Positions 50,607 through 60,309 of a stretch of DNA of 64,000 nucleotides are shown piece after piece (position 1 is the first letter of the stretch; the number at the start of each line of letters is the position of its first letter). The stretch comes from Thermodesulfobacteriota bacterium. Its GTDB lineage: Bacteria; Desulfobacterota; Desulfarculia; JACQYL01. Below the pieces are notes generated by a model that was not told the DNA's origin, did not search any database, and worked only from the letters and a program-made list of their open reading frames with translations. The stretch spans positions 4,128,001 to 4,192,000 of the forward strand of contig CAXXLZ010000002.1 in NCBI GenBank assembly GCA_963675595.2, read 5' to 3'. Position numbers and translations under genes: made by a program.

Positions 50607-50861
50607 AGGCTTGCCGAAAATCCTTCCCCTATCACGTAATTAACAAATGACACTTTATAGATGAAAACAGGAACGGAATCAACGTGCAACCCGTAAGAAG
50701 TCTTTGGGAATCGGGACCGCAGTCTTCATGAAGAGGGCGGGCGAGGCGGGATGCCGCCGAGTATGAAGAAAATAAAAAATATTCCCGAGTGTGGCAATGA
50801 GGTTTCGGACCACGCGCACCGCCTTCAGGATTCGGTTGACTCGACGATGGGGTCATGTTAG

Positions 50862-51030
50862 GGATACTCCTAAAGAGTATGGTTCTCGGACGGGGAATCT
50901 CGTGTGAATCGAGAGCGGTCCCGCCGCTGTAGCCGGGGACGAAATCCGCAATGGCCACTGCTTCTGGGAAACCGGAGCGGGAAGGCGCGGAGAGTAGATC
51001 GATCCGGAAGCCAGAACACCCGTTCGGAGC
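50862..51030 (+). ncRNA. Cobalamin riboswitch
   Basis: GGGAA..GTG.GAAT..GCGGTCCCGCCGCTGT...GCCACTG...GGGAAGGC...AAGCCAGAA pattern upstream of the cbi genes. Confidence 0.9.
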
Positions 51031-51231
51031 CCAACGCCGTATTCCCTACGAGGGATAGGGGGCTTCCGTTCATGCGGTGGTCTGTGGTTTGTACTGAAAA
51101 AGGTCCGGTGCGGTCCTTGAGTCTTTTTAGGCTCAGGGATTTTTTTGTTCACCGGTCCTTTTTTTTGTTCTCGTCCCCGGTGGGGAATCGGCCTGGACTC
51201 GGTGTGGGCGGGAGAGCCGGAGGACTCCTTT

Positions 51232-52677
51232 ATGTCGGATAATCCAGTCGGGCTGATGATCGCCGGGACCCAAAGCGGTGTCGGCAAGACCACCCTGACC
51301 CTGGGCTTGATGGCGGCCATGGTGCGCCGTGGGTTGAGAGTACAGCCTTTCAAGGTGGGGCCGGATTTTATTGACCCGGGACATCATACGCATGTGGCGG
51401 GACGTGTTTCCAGGAATCTCGACGGTTGGATGTTGGATCGAGAAACGAACCGGCGAATTTTCGGGCAAGCCGTCCGAGGCGCGGATGTGGCCGTGGTCGA
51501 AGGGGTCATGGGCTTGTTCGACGGGTACGACGGAGCGAGTGAAGCGGGTTCTACGGCCCAGATGGCCAAATGGCTCGGGCTTCCCGTATTGCTCGTCACG
51601 GACGTGAGAAGCATGGCCCGAAGCGTTGCGGCGCTGGTCCACGGCTTTACCGATTTCGATCCGGAGGTCGCCTTTGCCGGAGTGCTCTGCAACCGCGTTG
51701 GAAGCGACACCCATTTTCATTACATCAAGGAGGCCCTGGCGTCCGTGCCGTCGGTTCCTTGCTTGGGAGGGATTCCCAGGGACGAAGAGTTGTTCATTCC
51801 CGAACGTCATTTGGGGCTGGTCACGGACGACGAGCACAGACTCGACGCCGAATACCTGAAACACTTGGCAGACTTGGTGGAAAAACATATCGCATTGGAC
51901 CGTCTCTTGGACGGGCTGCCCGTTTCTGCTCCAACGATACCGGAACCGTTGCCTCCCACGGCAAAGGAAGTGCGCATCGGAGTGGCGGCAGACCCCGCGT
52001 TCTGCTTCTACTATCAGGACAACCTCGACCTTCTGGAGCGGGCCGGTGCGGAGATTGTGCGCTTTTCCCCCATCCGGGATCGCAACCTGCCCGCCGGGCT
52101 TGACGGACTCTATCTCGGCGGGGGGTATCCCGAAGTGTTCGCCGCGTCGCTGGCGCAAAACGGTTCCATCAAAAACGAGATCAGCCGTGCGGCGGAGGCG
52201 GGAATGCCCGTGTACGCCGAATGCGGCGGCTTCATGTATTTGTGCGCCGCCATCGAGCAGCCGCGGGAATCTTCCCACGCCATGGCGGGCGTCTTCCCGT
52301 GGCCGGTGACCATGCTGCCTCGAAGGAGGGCCCTGGGGTACCGAGAAGTGACCTTCTCCTCGGACTGCATCCTTGGGCCACAAGGAACATCGGCCAGAGG
52401 CCATGAGTTCCATTATTCGGATGTGGTGGGAGACCTGCGGGGAATACGGCGGGTCTTCCGTGTGGCGCCCAGGAACCGCAGCTCCGTCATGGAAGAAGGC
52501 TACTCCAAATGGAACGTTCTGGGCGGCTATATTCATCTTCATTTCGGCAGTAATCCGTTGCTTGCGGAGCATTTCGTGGACGCCTGCCGGAAGTTTAAGC
52601 GAAGCGGGAATACCGGGGGTCCCCGATTTTCGGGACCTATCGGTGCAACGACGGCGTCGTCCGACGGAAAACCTTGA
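51232..52677 (+). CDS. cbiA: Cobyrinate a,c-diamide synthase
   Basis: SGVGKTT, FKVGPDFIDP, EGVMGLFDG, AECGGFMYL, GHEFHYS. Confidence 0.95.
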   Translation: MSDNPVGLMIAGTQSGVGKTTLTLGLMAAMVRRGLRVQPFKVGPDFIDPGHHTHVAGRVSRNLDGWMLDRETNRRIFGQAVRGADVAVVEGVMGLFDGYDGASEAGSTAQMAKWLGLPVLLVTDVRSMARSVAALVHGFTDFDPEVAFAGVLCNRVGSDTHFHYIKEALASVPSVPCLGGIPRDEELFIPERHLGLVTDDEHRLDAEYLKHLADLVEKHIALDRLLDGLPVSAPTIPEPLPPTAKEVRIGVAADPAFCFYYQDNLDLLERAGAEIVRFSPIRDRNLPAGLDGLYLGGGYPEVFAASLAQNGSIKNEISRAAEAGMPVYAECGGFMYLCAAIEQPRESSHAMAGVFPWPVTMLPRRRALGYREVTFSSDCILGPQGTSARGHEFHYSDVVGDLRGIRRVFRVAPRNRSSVMEEGYSKWNVLGGYIHLHFGSNPLLAEHFVDACRKFKRSGNTGGPRFSGPIGATTASSDGKP

Positions 52678-52706
52678 CATGAATCGTCTATTATCGGGAG
52701 GAAAAC

Positions 52707-53432
52707 ATGAAGCATGACCCCGGAACACTTTTCGGCATCGGCGTTGGTCCGGGAGACCCGGGCTTGGTGACGGTCAAGGCGCTGGAAGTTCTTCGGCGGG
52801 TTCCTCGGATATTTGCCGCCGGATCCAGCAGGAACTCCTACAGCATTGCGATGAACATTGTTCGGCACCATTTAGGTGACACGGAGATCGAGTTTCTGCC
52901 TTTTCCCATGACCAAGGACGAGGCAGTGCTGGAGGAGGCGTGGAATCGCAACGCCCGACAGGTGGCGGACGTACTGGACGAAGGCTCGGATGCGGCCTTC
53001 GTCACCATCGGCGACCCGCTCACCTATTCCACCTACAGTTATCTGCTCAAGGCCGTGCAGCGTCTCAATCCCGACGTGAAGGCCGTCACGGTGCCGGGGA
53101 TCACCTCCTACTCGGCGGCCGCGGCCGCGGCCAACCTCCCTTTGTGCGAGGGAGAAGAGTCTTGCCACCTGATTTCCGGGGCCTTTGGTGGAGAGAAACT
53201 CAAACAGGTGGTCGGGACCTCGGAAAACGTGGTCATGCTCAAGACCTATCGGCACTTTGACAACATCTACGATACCCTGGAGGAATTGGACCTGCTGGAT
53301 CGGTCCACATGCGTAAGTCTCTGCGGCCATGAAGGGGAGACGGTTTCCAGCGGGCTGCAACCTCTCAAAGGGAAGAAGATGCCTTATCTCTCCCTGGTCA
53401 TCGTCAAAAACGGACACCACTCAGATGAATAA
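52707..53432 (+). CDS. cbiL: Precorrin-2/factor II C20-methyltransferase
   Basis: GIGVGPGDPGLVTVKA, FPMTKD, GDPLTYST, VPGITS. Confidence 0.92.
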   Translation: MKHDPGTLFGIGVGPGDPGLVTVKALEVLRRVPRIFAAGSSRNSYSIAMNIVRHHLGDTEIEFLPFPMTKDEAVLEEAWNRNARQVADVLDEGSDAAFVTIGDPLTYSTYSYLLKAVQRLNPDVKAVTVPGITSYSAAAAAANLPLCEGEESCHLISGAFGGEKLKQVVGTSENVVMLKTYRHFDNIYDTLEELDLLDRSTCVSLCGHEGETVSSGLQPLKGKKMPYLSLVIVKNGHHSDE

Positions 53433-54561
53433 CGAGGCGGATTCGAAACGCGCGGCGGGCCGCAGAACACGAGGGACGCGCGAAGGCTTCTCCACGGGCA
53501 CGGCGGCCGCGGCTGCGGCCAAGGCGGCCCTGGGAGTCGCACTCGGACGCCCGGCGCGGGAGCGGATCGAGGTGGACCTGCCGGGAGGAAAACGACTGGG
53601 GGTGTCCGTCCGAGAGGCCGTGTCCGAAGGATCATGGGGTCGTGCCGTGGTGATTAAGGATGGAGGAGACGATCCGGACGCCACCCACGGTGCGGAAATC
53701 GGGGTACGGGTAAGGTTGCTCGACCCTGTGGAAGAAGCCGAGGAAGTCCTGCTCACGGGCGGTGAGGGCGTAGGCAGGGTAACCAAGCCGGGCCTTCCGA
53801 TTCCCGTGGGAGAACCGGCCATCAATCCCGTGCCGCGATGGATGATCGACAGGGCCGTCCGGGAGGCATGGAAAGAGTATGAGGGGACGGGGCCCGTTCG
53901 AGTGGAAGTTCAAGTGTTCGTACCGCGAGGGGAAGAGATCGCCAAAAAGACGCTCAATCCCCGTTTGGGTATTCTGGGCGGTATTTCCATATTGGGGACA
54001 ACCGGGCTGGTGAAACCCTATTCTCACGCCGCCTATCGGGCGACCATCGTTTCCGGTCTGAAAGTGGCCCGCGCCGCCGGTCTCCGGGACGTTTTTCTGA
54101 GCACCGGAGGCAAAAGCGAACGATTTCTCCAGGGGCTGTTTCCCCATCACCCGGAAGAGGCTTTTGTTCAGATGGGGGACTACGTGGGCTTCTCCATTCC
54201 CAGGGCGGTACGAATGAGGTTCGATCGTTTGGTGATCGGAGCTTTTTTCGGAAAGGCGGTCAAGATGGCCCAGGGGTTTGAACATACGCACGCGTCCGAG
54301 GGGGCCGTGGATTTCGGCTCGCTGGCCGAGTGGGGTGAAGAAGAGGCGAAGGATGCGCTCCTGAGCCGCCGCATCGCCGAAGCCAACACGGCCAGGGAAG
54401 TGCTCGAGCTGATTTCCGGACATCCGTCGGGCCATGCCTTGATCCATCGGGTGGGTGTCGAAATGGGCGATCGCCTGAGGGCTCTGGCCGGCGGTGTTCC
54501 CGAGGTCGAGACGCTGATCTTTGATTTCGGAGGAGCGATTCTCTACAGGAGTCTCTCCTGA
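53425..54561 (+). CDS. cbiD: Cobalt-precorrin-5B C1-methyltransferase
   Basis: GFSTGTAAAAA, KDGGDDPDATHG, PAINPVPR, TLNPRLGILGGISILGTTG. Confidence 0.95.
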   Translation: MNNEADSKRAAGRRTRGTREGFSTGTAAAAAAKAALGVALGRPARERIEVDLPGGKRLGVSVREAVSEGSWGRAVVIKDGGDDPDATHGAEIGVRVRLLDPVEEAEEVLLTGGEGVGRVTKPGLPIPVGEPAINPVPRWMIDRAVREAWKEYEGTGPVRVEVQVFVPRGEEIAKKTLNPRLGILGGISILGTTGLVKPYSHAAYRATIVSGLKVARAAGLRDVFLSTGGKSERFLQGLFPHHPEEAFVQMGDYVGFSIPRAVRMRFDRLVIGAFFGKAVKMAQGFEHTHASEGAVDFGSLAEWGEEEAKDALLSRRIAEANTAREVLELISGHPSGHALIHRVGVEMGDRLRALAGGVPEVETLIFDFGGAILYRSLS

Positions 54562-54688
54562 CAGCCGAGCCGGCTTTGGAGAGCCCATTCCGTGCAAACC
54601 AACGGCCGAACTTTCTTGGTCGTCGAAGCGGCTTGCCGCCGGGAAAGGTCGGAATCATTTGTTACATGCCGGGGAGACAGATAGGCGA

Positions 54689-55933
54689 ATGGCTCGTGTA
54701 TTCGTGGTGGGCATAGGCGTTTCGGCCGCGGATTTGACATCCCGTGCTCTGGAAGTGGTGAGTCGAGCGGACGTGCTGGTCGGCGGACGCAGACTTCTGG
54801 ACCTTTTCCCCGACCATCCCGGCCGCAGGGTCGTCATCGATCGCCATTGGAGAGCCGCGCTGGATGAATTGAACTCCATTCCCGAAAATTTATGTATCGC
54901 AGTGCTTGCTTCCGGGGATCCCAATTTTTTCGGTATCGGGCCTCGGATTCTTGAGGCCTTCGGTCCGGAGGCGGTGGAATTCCTTCCCAATGTTAGCGCG
55001 GCTCAGGTCGCTTTCAGCCGTCTGAAGCTCCCCTGGCAGGATGCCTTGGTGGTCAGCCTCCACGGACGAGGGTGGGATGCGCTGGGATCCGCTCTGATGC
55101 GGAGTCGGAAGCTGGCGGTGTATACCGATCCGGATCACACACCGGCTCATGTAGCGCGTTTTCTACTGGATCACGGGCTTACCGGTATGGAAATTTGCGT
55201 TCTGGAAGACATGGGTTCGGCTGAAGAGAGGATTCGCCGCCTCACTCTTGAGGATGCCGAAAAAAGCGTGTTTTCCCCCATGAACGTGGTGGTCTTGACT
55301 TCAATCCCGGGTGAACCCGCTCCTCCCGCCGTTCATCCTGGGATGCCGGACAGTGCCTACGAGCATGAAGCGGGCCTCATCACGAAGCAGGAAGTCAGGG
55401 CCGTGGCTTTGGCCAAGCTGGGCCTGCGGCCGGATCATACGGTTTGGGACCTGGGCGCGGGTTCCGGGTCCGTGGGGATGGAGGCCGCAACCCTTGTGTA
55501 TCGCGGCAAAGTGATTTGCGTGGAACGGAAACCGGAGCGGGTGGCGCAGATTTTGTCCAACGCCCGAAGATATCAAGTGACCAATCTGGAAGTGGTTTCG
55601 GGATCGGCTCCGCAAGCCCTGGAAGGGTTGTCGAAGCCGGACCGTGTGTTCATCGGCGGCGGGGGCTTAGGGTTGAGTGACCTGTTGAATCATGTGGTCG
55701 ATGTCTTGGAACCCGAAGGTCGGGTCGTGGTGTCCGCCGCGTTGTTCGAGTCGTGTCTCACCGCCCGGGCCGTGTTGGCCCGGCGGGGATGGACATCCGA
55801 AGTCTGCCTGGTGCAGGCAAGTCGCGGCAAACCCATGGAACAGGGAATCCGACTGGAGGCGCTGAATCCCATCTGGTTGATCACCGGTTCGGGGTGTGAA
55901 AGCGGTATGTCGGGCGGCGGCAACCGGCCGTGA
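54689..55933 (+). CDS. cbiET: Bifunctional precorrin-6Y C5,15-methyltransferase CbiE/CbiT
   Basis: LASGDPNFFGIG, VSLHGR, ITKQEVR, WDLGAGSGSV, VFIGGG. Confidence 0.92.
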   Translation: MARVFVVGIGVSAADLTSRALEVVSRADVLVGGRRLLDLFPDHPGRRVVIDRHWRAALDELNSIPENLCIAVLASGDPNFFGIGPRILEAFGPEAVEFLPNVSAAQVAFSRLKLPWQDALVVSLHGRGWDALGSALMRSRKLAVYTDPDHTPAHVARFLLDHGLTGMEICVLEDMGSAEERIRRLTLEDAEKSVFSPMNVVVLTSIPGEPAPPAVHPGMPDSAYEHEAGLITKQEVRAVALAKLGLRPDHTVWDLGAGSGSVGMEAATLVYRGKVICVERKPERVAQILSNARRYQVTNLEVVSGSAPQALEGLSKPDRVFIGGGGLGLSDLLNHVVDVLEPEGRVVVSAALFESCLTARAVLARRGWTSEVCLVQASRGKPMEQGIRLEALNPIWLITGSGCESGMSGGGNRP

Positions 55934-57075
55934 AAGGAAATTCCGGCTTGGTTCGTACGATTTCCGGGTGGGCCGCCGAGGGAGCGGAAATTCCTGATAC
56001 TCTCCAAGGGAGCACTGCCGTGAAGGAAGCCGGGAAGCCGGTATGGGTCGCGGCCTTGACGCCCGGCGGCGCGGAAACGGCGCGCAGGATCGTCTCCGTC
56101 CTTCCGGGTTCGCGTATCCTGCTGCCGGCCCGGCTGGCAGGTGAGGAAGAAGGCTCTTTTCCCAGGTTTTCGCAATTGGCGGGGGAGGCCTTCACGCGCC
56201 GTACGGATCTGATCTGTGTCATGGCGGCGGGCATCGTGGTGCGGGGAATCGCGCCGTTTCTTAAAGACAAGGCGAGCGACCCGGCGGTGGTGGTCGTGGA
56301 CGAAAAAGGACGCTTCGCGGTGAGCCTCCTTTCGGGTCATCAAGGAGGGGCCAACAATCTGGCTCATCGGGTCGCCCGACTCATCGGAGCCGTACCGGTG
56401 ATCACCACGGCCACGGATGTGCGGGGTTTGCCCGCGTTCGACTCGGTGGCCGCGGAACGAGGCTGGAAATTGGAGAACGCCACGGCGGTTCGAGACGTTC
56501 ATATGGCCCTTCTGGAAGGCCGGAAAATCGCCCTTGTGGATCCGTGCGGCCGCTTGTCTCCCGAGGAAGCCGGCGAGCCGAGCGGCCTGGTGGAGCGCTT
56601 TGACCTGGAATCGGTTCGTGCTTTCGAAGGGCCCACGGTATACGTGGGGGTTGAGGCGAATCCGGGCGCCGCGAATTGGCTGATGCTGAGACCCAAGGAA
56701 CTGGCGGCCGGCGTGGGGTGCAATCGAGGCACCTCGGCGGGAGAGATTCTGGATCTGATCCGGGATACTTTCCGTGAAGAGGCGCTTTCCCCGCATTGTC
56801 TGGCGCATTTGGCCTCCATTGATGCGAAACGAGATGAACCCGGGTTGTTGGAAGCGGCCCGGAGCTTGGGAGTGGAATGTCTATGGTATCCTCGGGAAAT
56901 ATTGTCCACCCGGAAAACGCCCAATCCGTCGGAAGTCGTGCGCAAGCACATGGGAGTGAAGAGTGTATGCGAAGCGGCGGCCATGCTGGCGGCGGGAACG
57001 GATCTGCTGCTGGTTTCCAAGAGAAAGACGCGCAACGTGACCCTGGCGGTGGCCCGGGTCGCCTGTGGATCGTAA
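55930..57075 (+). CDS. cbiG: Cobalt-precorrin-5A hydrolase
   Basis: MAAGIVVR, DPAVVVVD, LLSGHQGGAN, GVGCNRG, SVCEAAA. Confidence 0.92.
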   Translation: MKGNSGLVRTISGWAAEGAEIPDTLQGSTAVKEAGKPVWVAALTPGGAETARRIVSVLPGSRILLPARLAGEEEGSFPRFSQLAGEAFTRRTDLICVMAAGIVVRGIAPFLKDKASDPAVVVVDEKGRFAVSLLSGHQGGANNLAHRVARLIGAVPVITTATDVRGLPAFDSVAAERGWKLENATAVRDVHMALLEGRKIALVDPCGRLSPEEAGEPSGLVERFDLESVRAFEGPTVYVGVEANPGAANWLMLRPKELAAGVGCNRGTSAGEILDLIRDTFREEALSPHCLAHLASIDAKRDEPGLLEAARSLGVECLWYPREILSTRKTPNPSEVVRKHMGVKSVCEAAAMLAAGTDLLLVSKRKTRNVTLAVARVACGS

Positions 57076-57869
57076 GCACCGGTCCCGGGGACCCTCACTT
57101 TATGGCCCCCGCGGCGCGCGAAGCCCTGGACCGGTGTCGGGTCGTGGTGGGCTACAAGACCTATATCGATCTGATTGGGTCCGTTCTCAAGGACCAGGAG
57201 GTGGTGGCCACGGGCATGATGCGGGAAGTGGACCGCTGTGAAGCGGCTCTGGACCGGGCGTTGGAGAATCGAGAAACGGCCCTGGTTTCCGGAGGGGACG
57301 CGGGAATTTATGCCATGGCCGGGCTGGTGCTGGATATCTGCCGCGCCAGAGGCTTAAGGGTGGGGCCGCCGGGCTCGACCGACGTGGACCTGTTGTTGGG
57401 ATTCGTCCCGGGAATTCCCGCGCTCGCGGCGGCTGGGGCCCTGCTGGGCGCGCCTTTGATGACCGATTTCGCGTCCATCTCCTTGAGCGATCTGTTGACC
57501 CCGTGGGACGCTATTCTGAAACGGGTTGAAGCCGCATCCATGGGCGATTTCGTCATTGTGCTCTACAATCCCAAAAGCAAGAAACGGGACTGGCAACTGG
57601 AGAAGGTGCGGGAGGTGATTCTTCGTTACCGAGGCCCGGAAACCCCGGTGGGCATCGTTCAAAAGGCCATGCGGGAAGGGCAGTGCGTGACCGTCTGCAC
57701 CCTCGATACGCTGCCGGAGCAGTCCGTGGACATGCAGACTCTGGTGGTGGTGGGCAACAGCGCCACCTATGCGTACGGCCCGTACATGGTCACCCCCAGG
57801 GGATACTTGGCGAAATATGACCTCGCCGGAAAATCGGGGACGGAAGGTGCTGCGAAAGCGTCAAGCTAG
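56967..57869 (+). CDS. cbiH: Precorrin-3B C17-methyltransferase (start uncertain)
   Basis: LWIVSTGPG, VGYKTY, VSGGDAGIYAM, ISLSDLLTPW, LYNPKS, TPRGY. Confidence 0.9.
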   Translation: MRSGGHAGGGNGSAAGFQEKDAQRDPGGGPGRLWIVSTGPGDPHFMAPAAREALDRCRVVVGYKTYIDLIGSVLKDQEVVATGMMREVDRCEAALDRALENRETALVSGGDAGIYAMAGLVLDICRARGLRVGPPGSTDVDLLLGFVPGIPALAAAGALLGAPLMTDFASISLSDLLTPWDAILKRVEAASMGDFVIVLYNPKSKKRDWQLEKVREVILRYRGPETPVGIVQKAMREGQCVTVCTLDTLPEQSVDMQTLVVVGNSATYAYGPYMVTPRGYLAKYDLAGKSGTEGAAKASS

Positions 57870-58032
57870 CGCTTATTCGCGTGAATTAGAGGTTCCGGAC
57901 TTCGGCCCCTGCGGCGGATCACTGTTTCGGGGCGGCCGAGGCCGGTCGCAGAAACGCTTGTCGAGCCGTCGGCGGGAGCGCGGCTTGCGATCCCCTGCTC
58001 AGGTCTTTCGGTCGTGTCCATTCAGGGGGTAT

Positions 58033-58100
58033 CCGGGACAACCTTTTGAAAAAGGTTTTTCCGGCCCCTTTCCCAAACATTTTGAGCGGGTTGCTCGCCG
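58033..58100 (+). repeat. REP-like family A variant; uninterrupted copy of the IS110 target repeat
   Basis: gggacaaccttttgaaaaaggtttttccggcccCTttcccaaacattttgagcgggttgctcg. Confidence 0.75.
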
Positions 58101-58158
58101 GCGCGTCGCAACCGAGGTCGGGCGTTACACTGAATAGGCAACCGGGTCCGTAATCAAA

Positions 58159-58250
58159 GGAGCCTCTCCGCCGAAGGCGGCGAGGCCTGCCTTAAATGTT
58201 TGAGGGGGGCGCACGGGGGGAACTTTTCAGAAAGTTCCCCCCCGTGAACG
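58159..58250 (-). repeat. REP-like family A copy
   Basis: ggagcctctccgccgaaggcggcgaggcc...gggggggaacttttcagaaagttcccccc. Confidence 0.75.
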
Positions 58251-58383
58251 TCTGCTTTCGGTCGGCCTTACTTTTCGCACTTTGGGCCCACCATTTTTCT
58301 TGCACTCCGCAGCAAGGGGCCTTATATTCCGTCTTAACTTCTCCGGGTCTCCGGATGCGGGGAAGTTTCTTATTCTTATCCGC

Positions 58384-58461
58384 GTCCCCATCGTCTAGCC
58401 AGGTCCAGGACACCGGCCTTTCACGCCGGCGACAGGGGTTCGAATCCCCTTGGGGACGCCA
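58384..58461 (+). tRNA. tRNA-Glu(TTC)
   Basis: GTCCCCATCGTCTAGCC...CCGGC-CTTTCAC-GCCGG...GGTTCGAATCCCCTTGGGGACGCCA. Confidence 0.97.
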
Positions 58462-58794
58462 ATAAAATCAGCAAGACGGCTGTCATGCGCCGACGTTGAA
58501 TATTCGGCGGAAACGGTTAGATCGAATGAAGAACATGAGCCCATCGAGGTGATTGCCTCGGAGGTCTTCTGTTTGGACAAACCCTTGCCGTCAATTGAGT
58601 CACCTCCACGGAAGTGTCTAAAAAGTCTCTCCCACCGGGCAAGCTGGCTGCCCAACGTGAGACAGCGGTAACTTGCACTTCACAAATCCTCTTTGTTGGA
58701 TCCTTTTGCTTCAATAGCGGCGTTTCTCCTCGGTTTCGAGCATTTTAAATATACTGCAAATCCCGAGCGACGAGGCAGTGCCCAACCCTTTCGG

Positions 58795-59196
58795 CTATTC
58801 CGTCTTGCACCCCTTTCTTTTCGGTTTTTCCTGGAAGAGTTTGAGCACCCTTTCGCGCAGGTAGCGCTGAACGAAGGTATTCAACGTCCCATCCGGATAG
58901 AGAACTCGGTTACCTATAAGCAGTTGCATTTTGTGATCGAAGCCATACCTGGGTAGAGAGCTTTTCAGGAAAAGTTCTTCTGTGGAATATTGCGTATGCT
59001 CCCAGAGCCAGGTCCAAACTTCGGTCTCGGATAGGCCGCTCGGCCGCTTTGTTCTTTCCGTTCCGGTGACACCTGTATTGGTCCATGCCACAATCAGCCG
59101 GATGGGTTCCGGATTGCCGGCAACGAGGAGCACTGCTTCCGGTTTCTCGTTTTGCTTAAAGCGTGCGAGCTTCTCGGCGAACACATCTGTGTTCAT
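58795..59196 (-). CDS. Hypothetical protein
   Basis: GAGGAAG RBS, protein-like composition, follows the DUF523 gene. Confidence 0.6.
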   Translation of the reverse strand: MNTDVFAEKLARFKQNEKPEAVLLVAGNPEPIRLIVAWTNTGVTGTERTKRPSGLSETEVWTWLWEHTQYSTEELFLKSSLPRYGFDHKMQLLIGNRVLYPDGTLNTFVQRYLRERVLKLFQEKPKRKGCKTE

Positions 59197-59222
59197 GGCT
59201 TCCTTCCTCTGAAATCAAGCGG

Positions 59223-59690
59223 TTAAGGGACGCGCACCACCATTATACCGGCGCGCTTGAGCACCTCCCCGGTTACACCGTCTTTGTCGCACGATGGACT
59301 CCCTCCCTTGAGGTAGGCGCGCTCGGCCCCCACGATTCCGACGATCTCGAGGGTGTATTTGGCCCCGTTCACATGAAAGTCTGTTACGTCCTCGCCTGTT
59401 TCAGGGGCGATTATCGTAAGGCCCTCGTCCAAAACCCGGGCTCCCGTGCCGTTAAGGTATTCACTGGTCCGCGGCGTGGGCATCCCCCCGAGCTGTTCCG
59501 GACAGACGGGAATGAGGACATATCGCTTTTTCAGACGTTCAATGAGCCCGTCCCGCTTCTTTGCCCTCCTCCCGTGCCACCTGCAGGGAATGCCAAGGAA
59601 GCACGCGCTGATGAGCGCGGGCTCAACAGGCCGAAAACATTCCTCAATGAATGGAAGAGTCCCCTGAATGCCCTGGGGATTCTTTGTCAT
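59223..59690 (-). CDS. DUF523 family (2-thiouracil desulfurase-like) protein
   Basis: ISACFLGIPCRWHG, PVCPEQLGGMPTPR, LKGGSPSC. Confidence 0.88.
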   Translation of the reverse strand: MTKNPQGIQGTLPFIEECFRPVEPALISACFLGIPCRWHGRRAKKRDGLIERLKKRYVLIPVCPEQLGGMPTPRTSEYLNGTGARVLDEGLTIIAPETGEDVTDFHVNGAKYTLEIVGIVGAERAYLKGGSPSCDKDGVTGEVLKRAGIMVVRVP

Positions 59691-59809
59691 CTCGCACCCT
59701 CCTCCATAATCACTTGGCGCCAAAAACGATGGCGCCATCCTATACAATGCTTGAGGTTCAAACATTCGCCGCACTGGTGACAGCCTTCCATGCGATGGTG
59801 TTTTGATCC

Positions 59810-59885
59810 TTTGTCCACGGCCAACATGTAAGCCACAAGCTTGCTCGCCAGGGCCAATGTAGCTCGGTTGCGCTCTTTCGAAATG
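59810..59885 (-). pseudogene. IS110 transposase C-terminal fragment
   Basis: ERNRATLALASKLVAYMLAVDK resembles the IS110 C-terminal helix (A.xAxARKL). Confidence 0.5.
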
Positions 59886-60309
59886 GAACCTCGATGCATC
59901 GTTCCGGCGGATTACCTCGGGTTGCGAGCCGATGGCGCGACGTTTCTTATTCCTTACTTGTTTTCGGAGGCTTCCCTGTTATCTCAGCGCATTGCCGCTC
60001 ATGGGACCCGGTCGGGAGCGAAAGAGCCCATTCGGGTGTCCTTCCCTTTCCCTGATGCCGGGAGAGCCAGGCCGCATTGATTCGGCTTGTTCAACTTTTC
60101 ACTTGAAGAAACCGAACCGTGATTCCACGTCTCATGATATTTCGTGTGCAGGTTGGGTACGAGATGAAGTTGCGTAATGAGTAACGGTCCGTTTCGGTCC
60201 GATTCATTGAAGCGGACTTCCAGCGACCAAGAATCATTAATTATGCTATCATACGTCACGTTCGGGTTGGATGGGATTTTGTTGGACGCTCGAAAGGGAG
60301 AAGATACGG

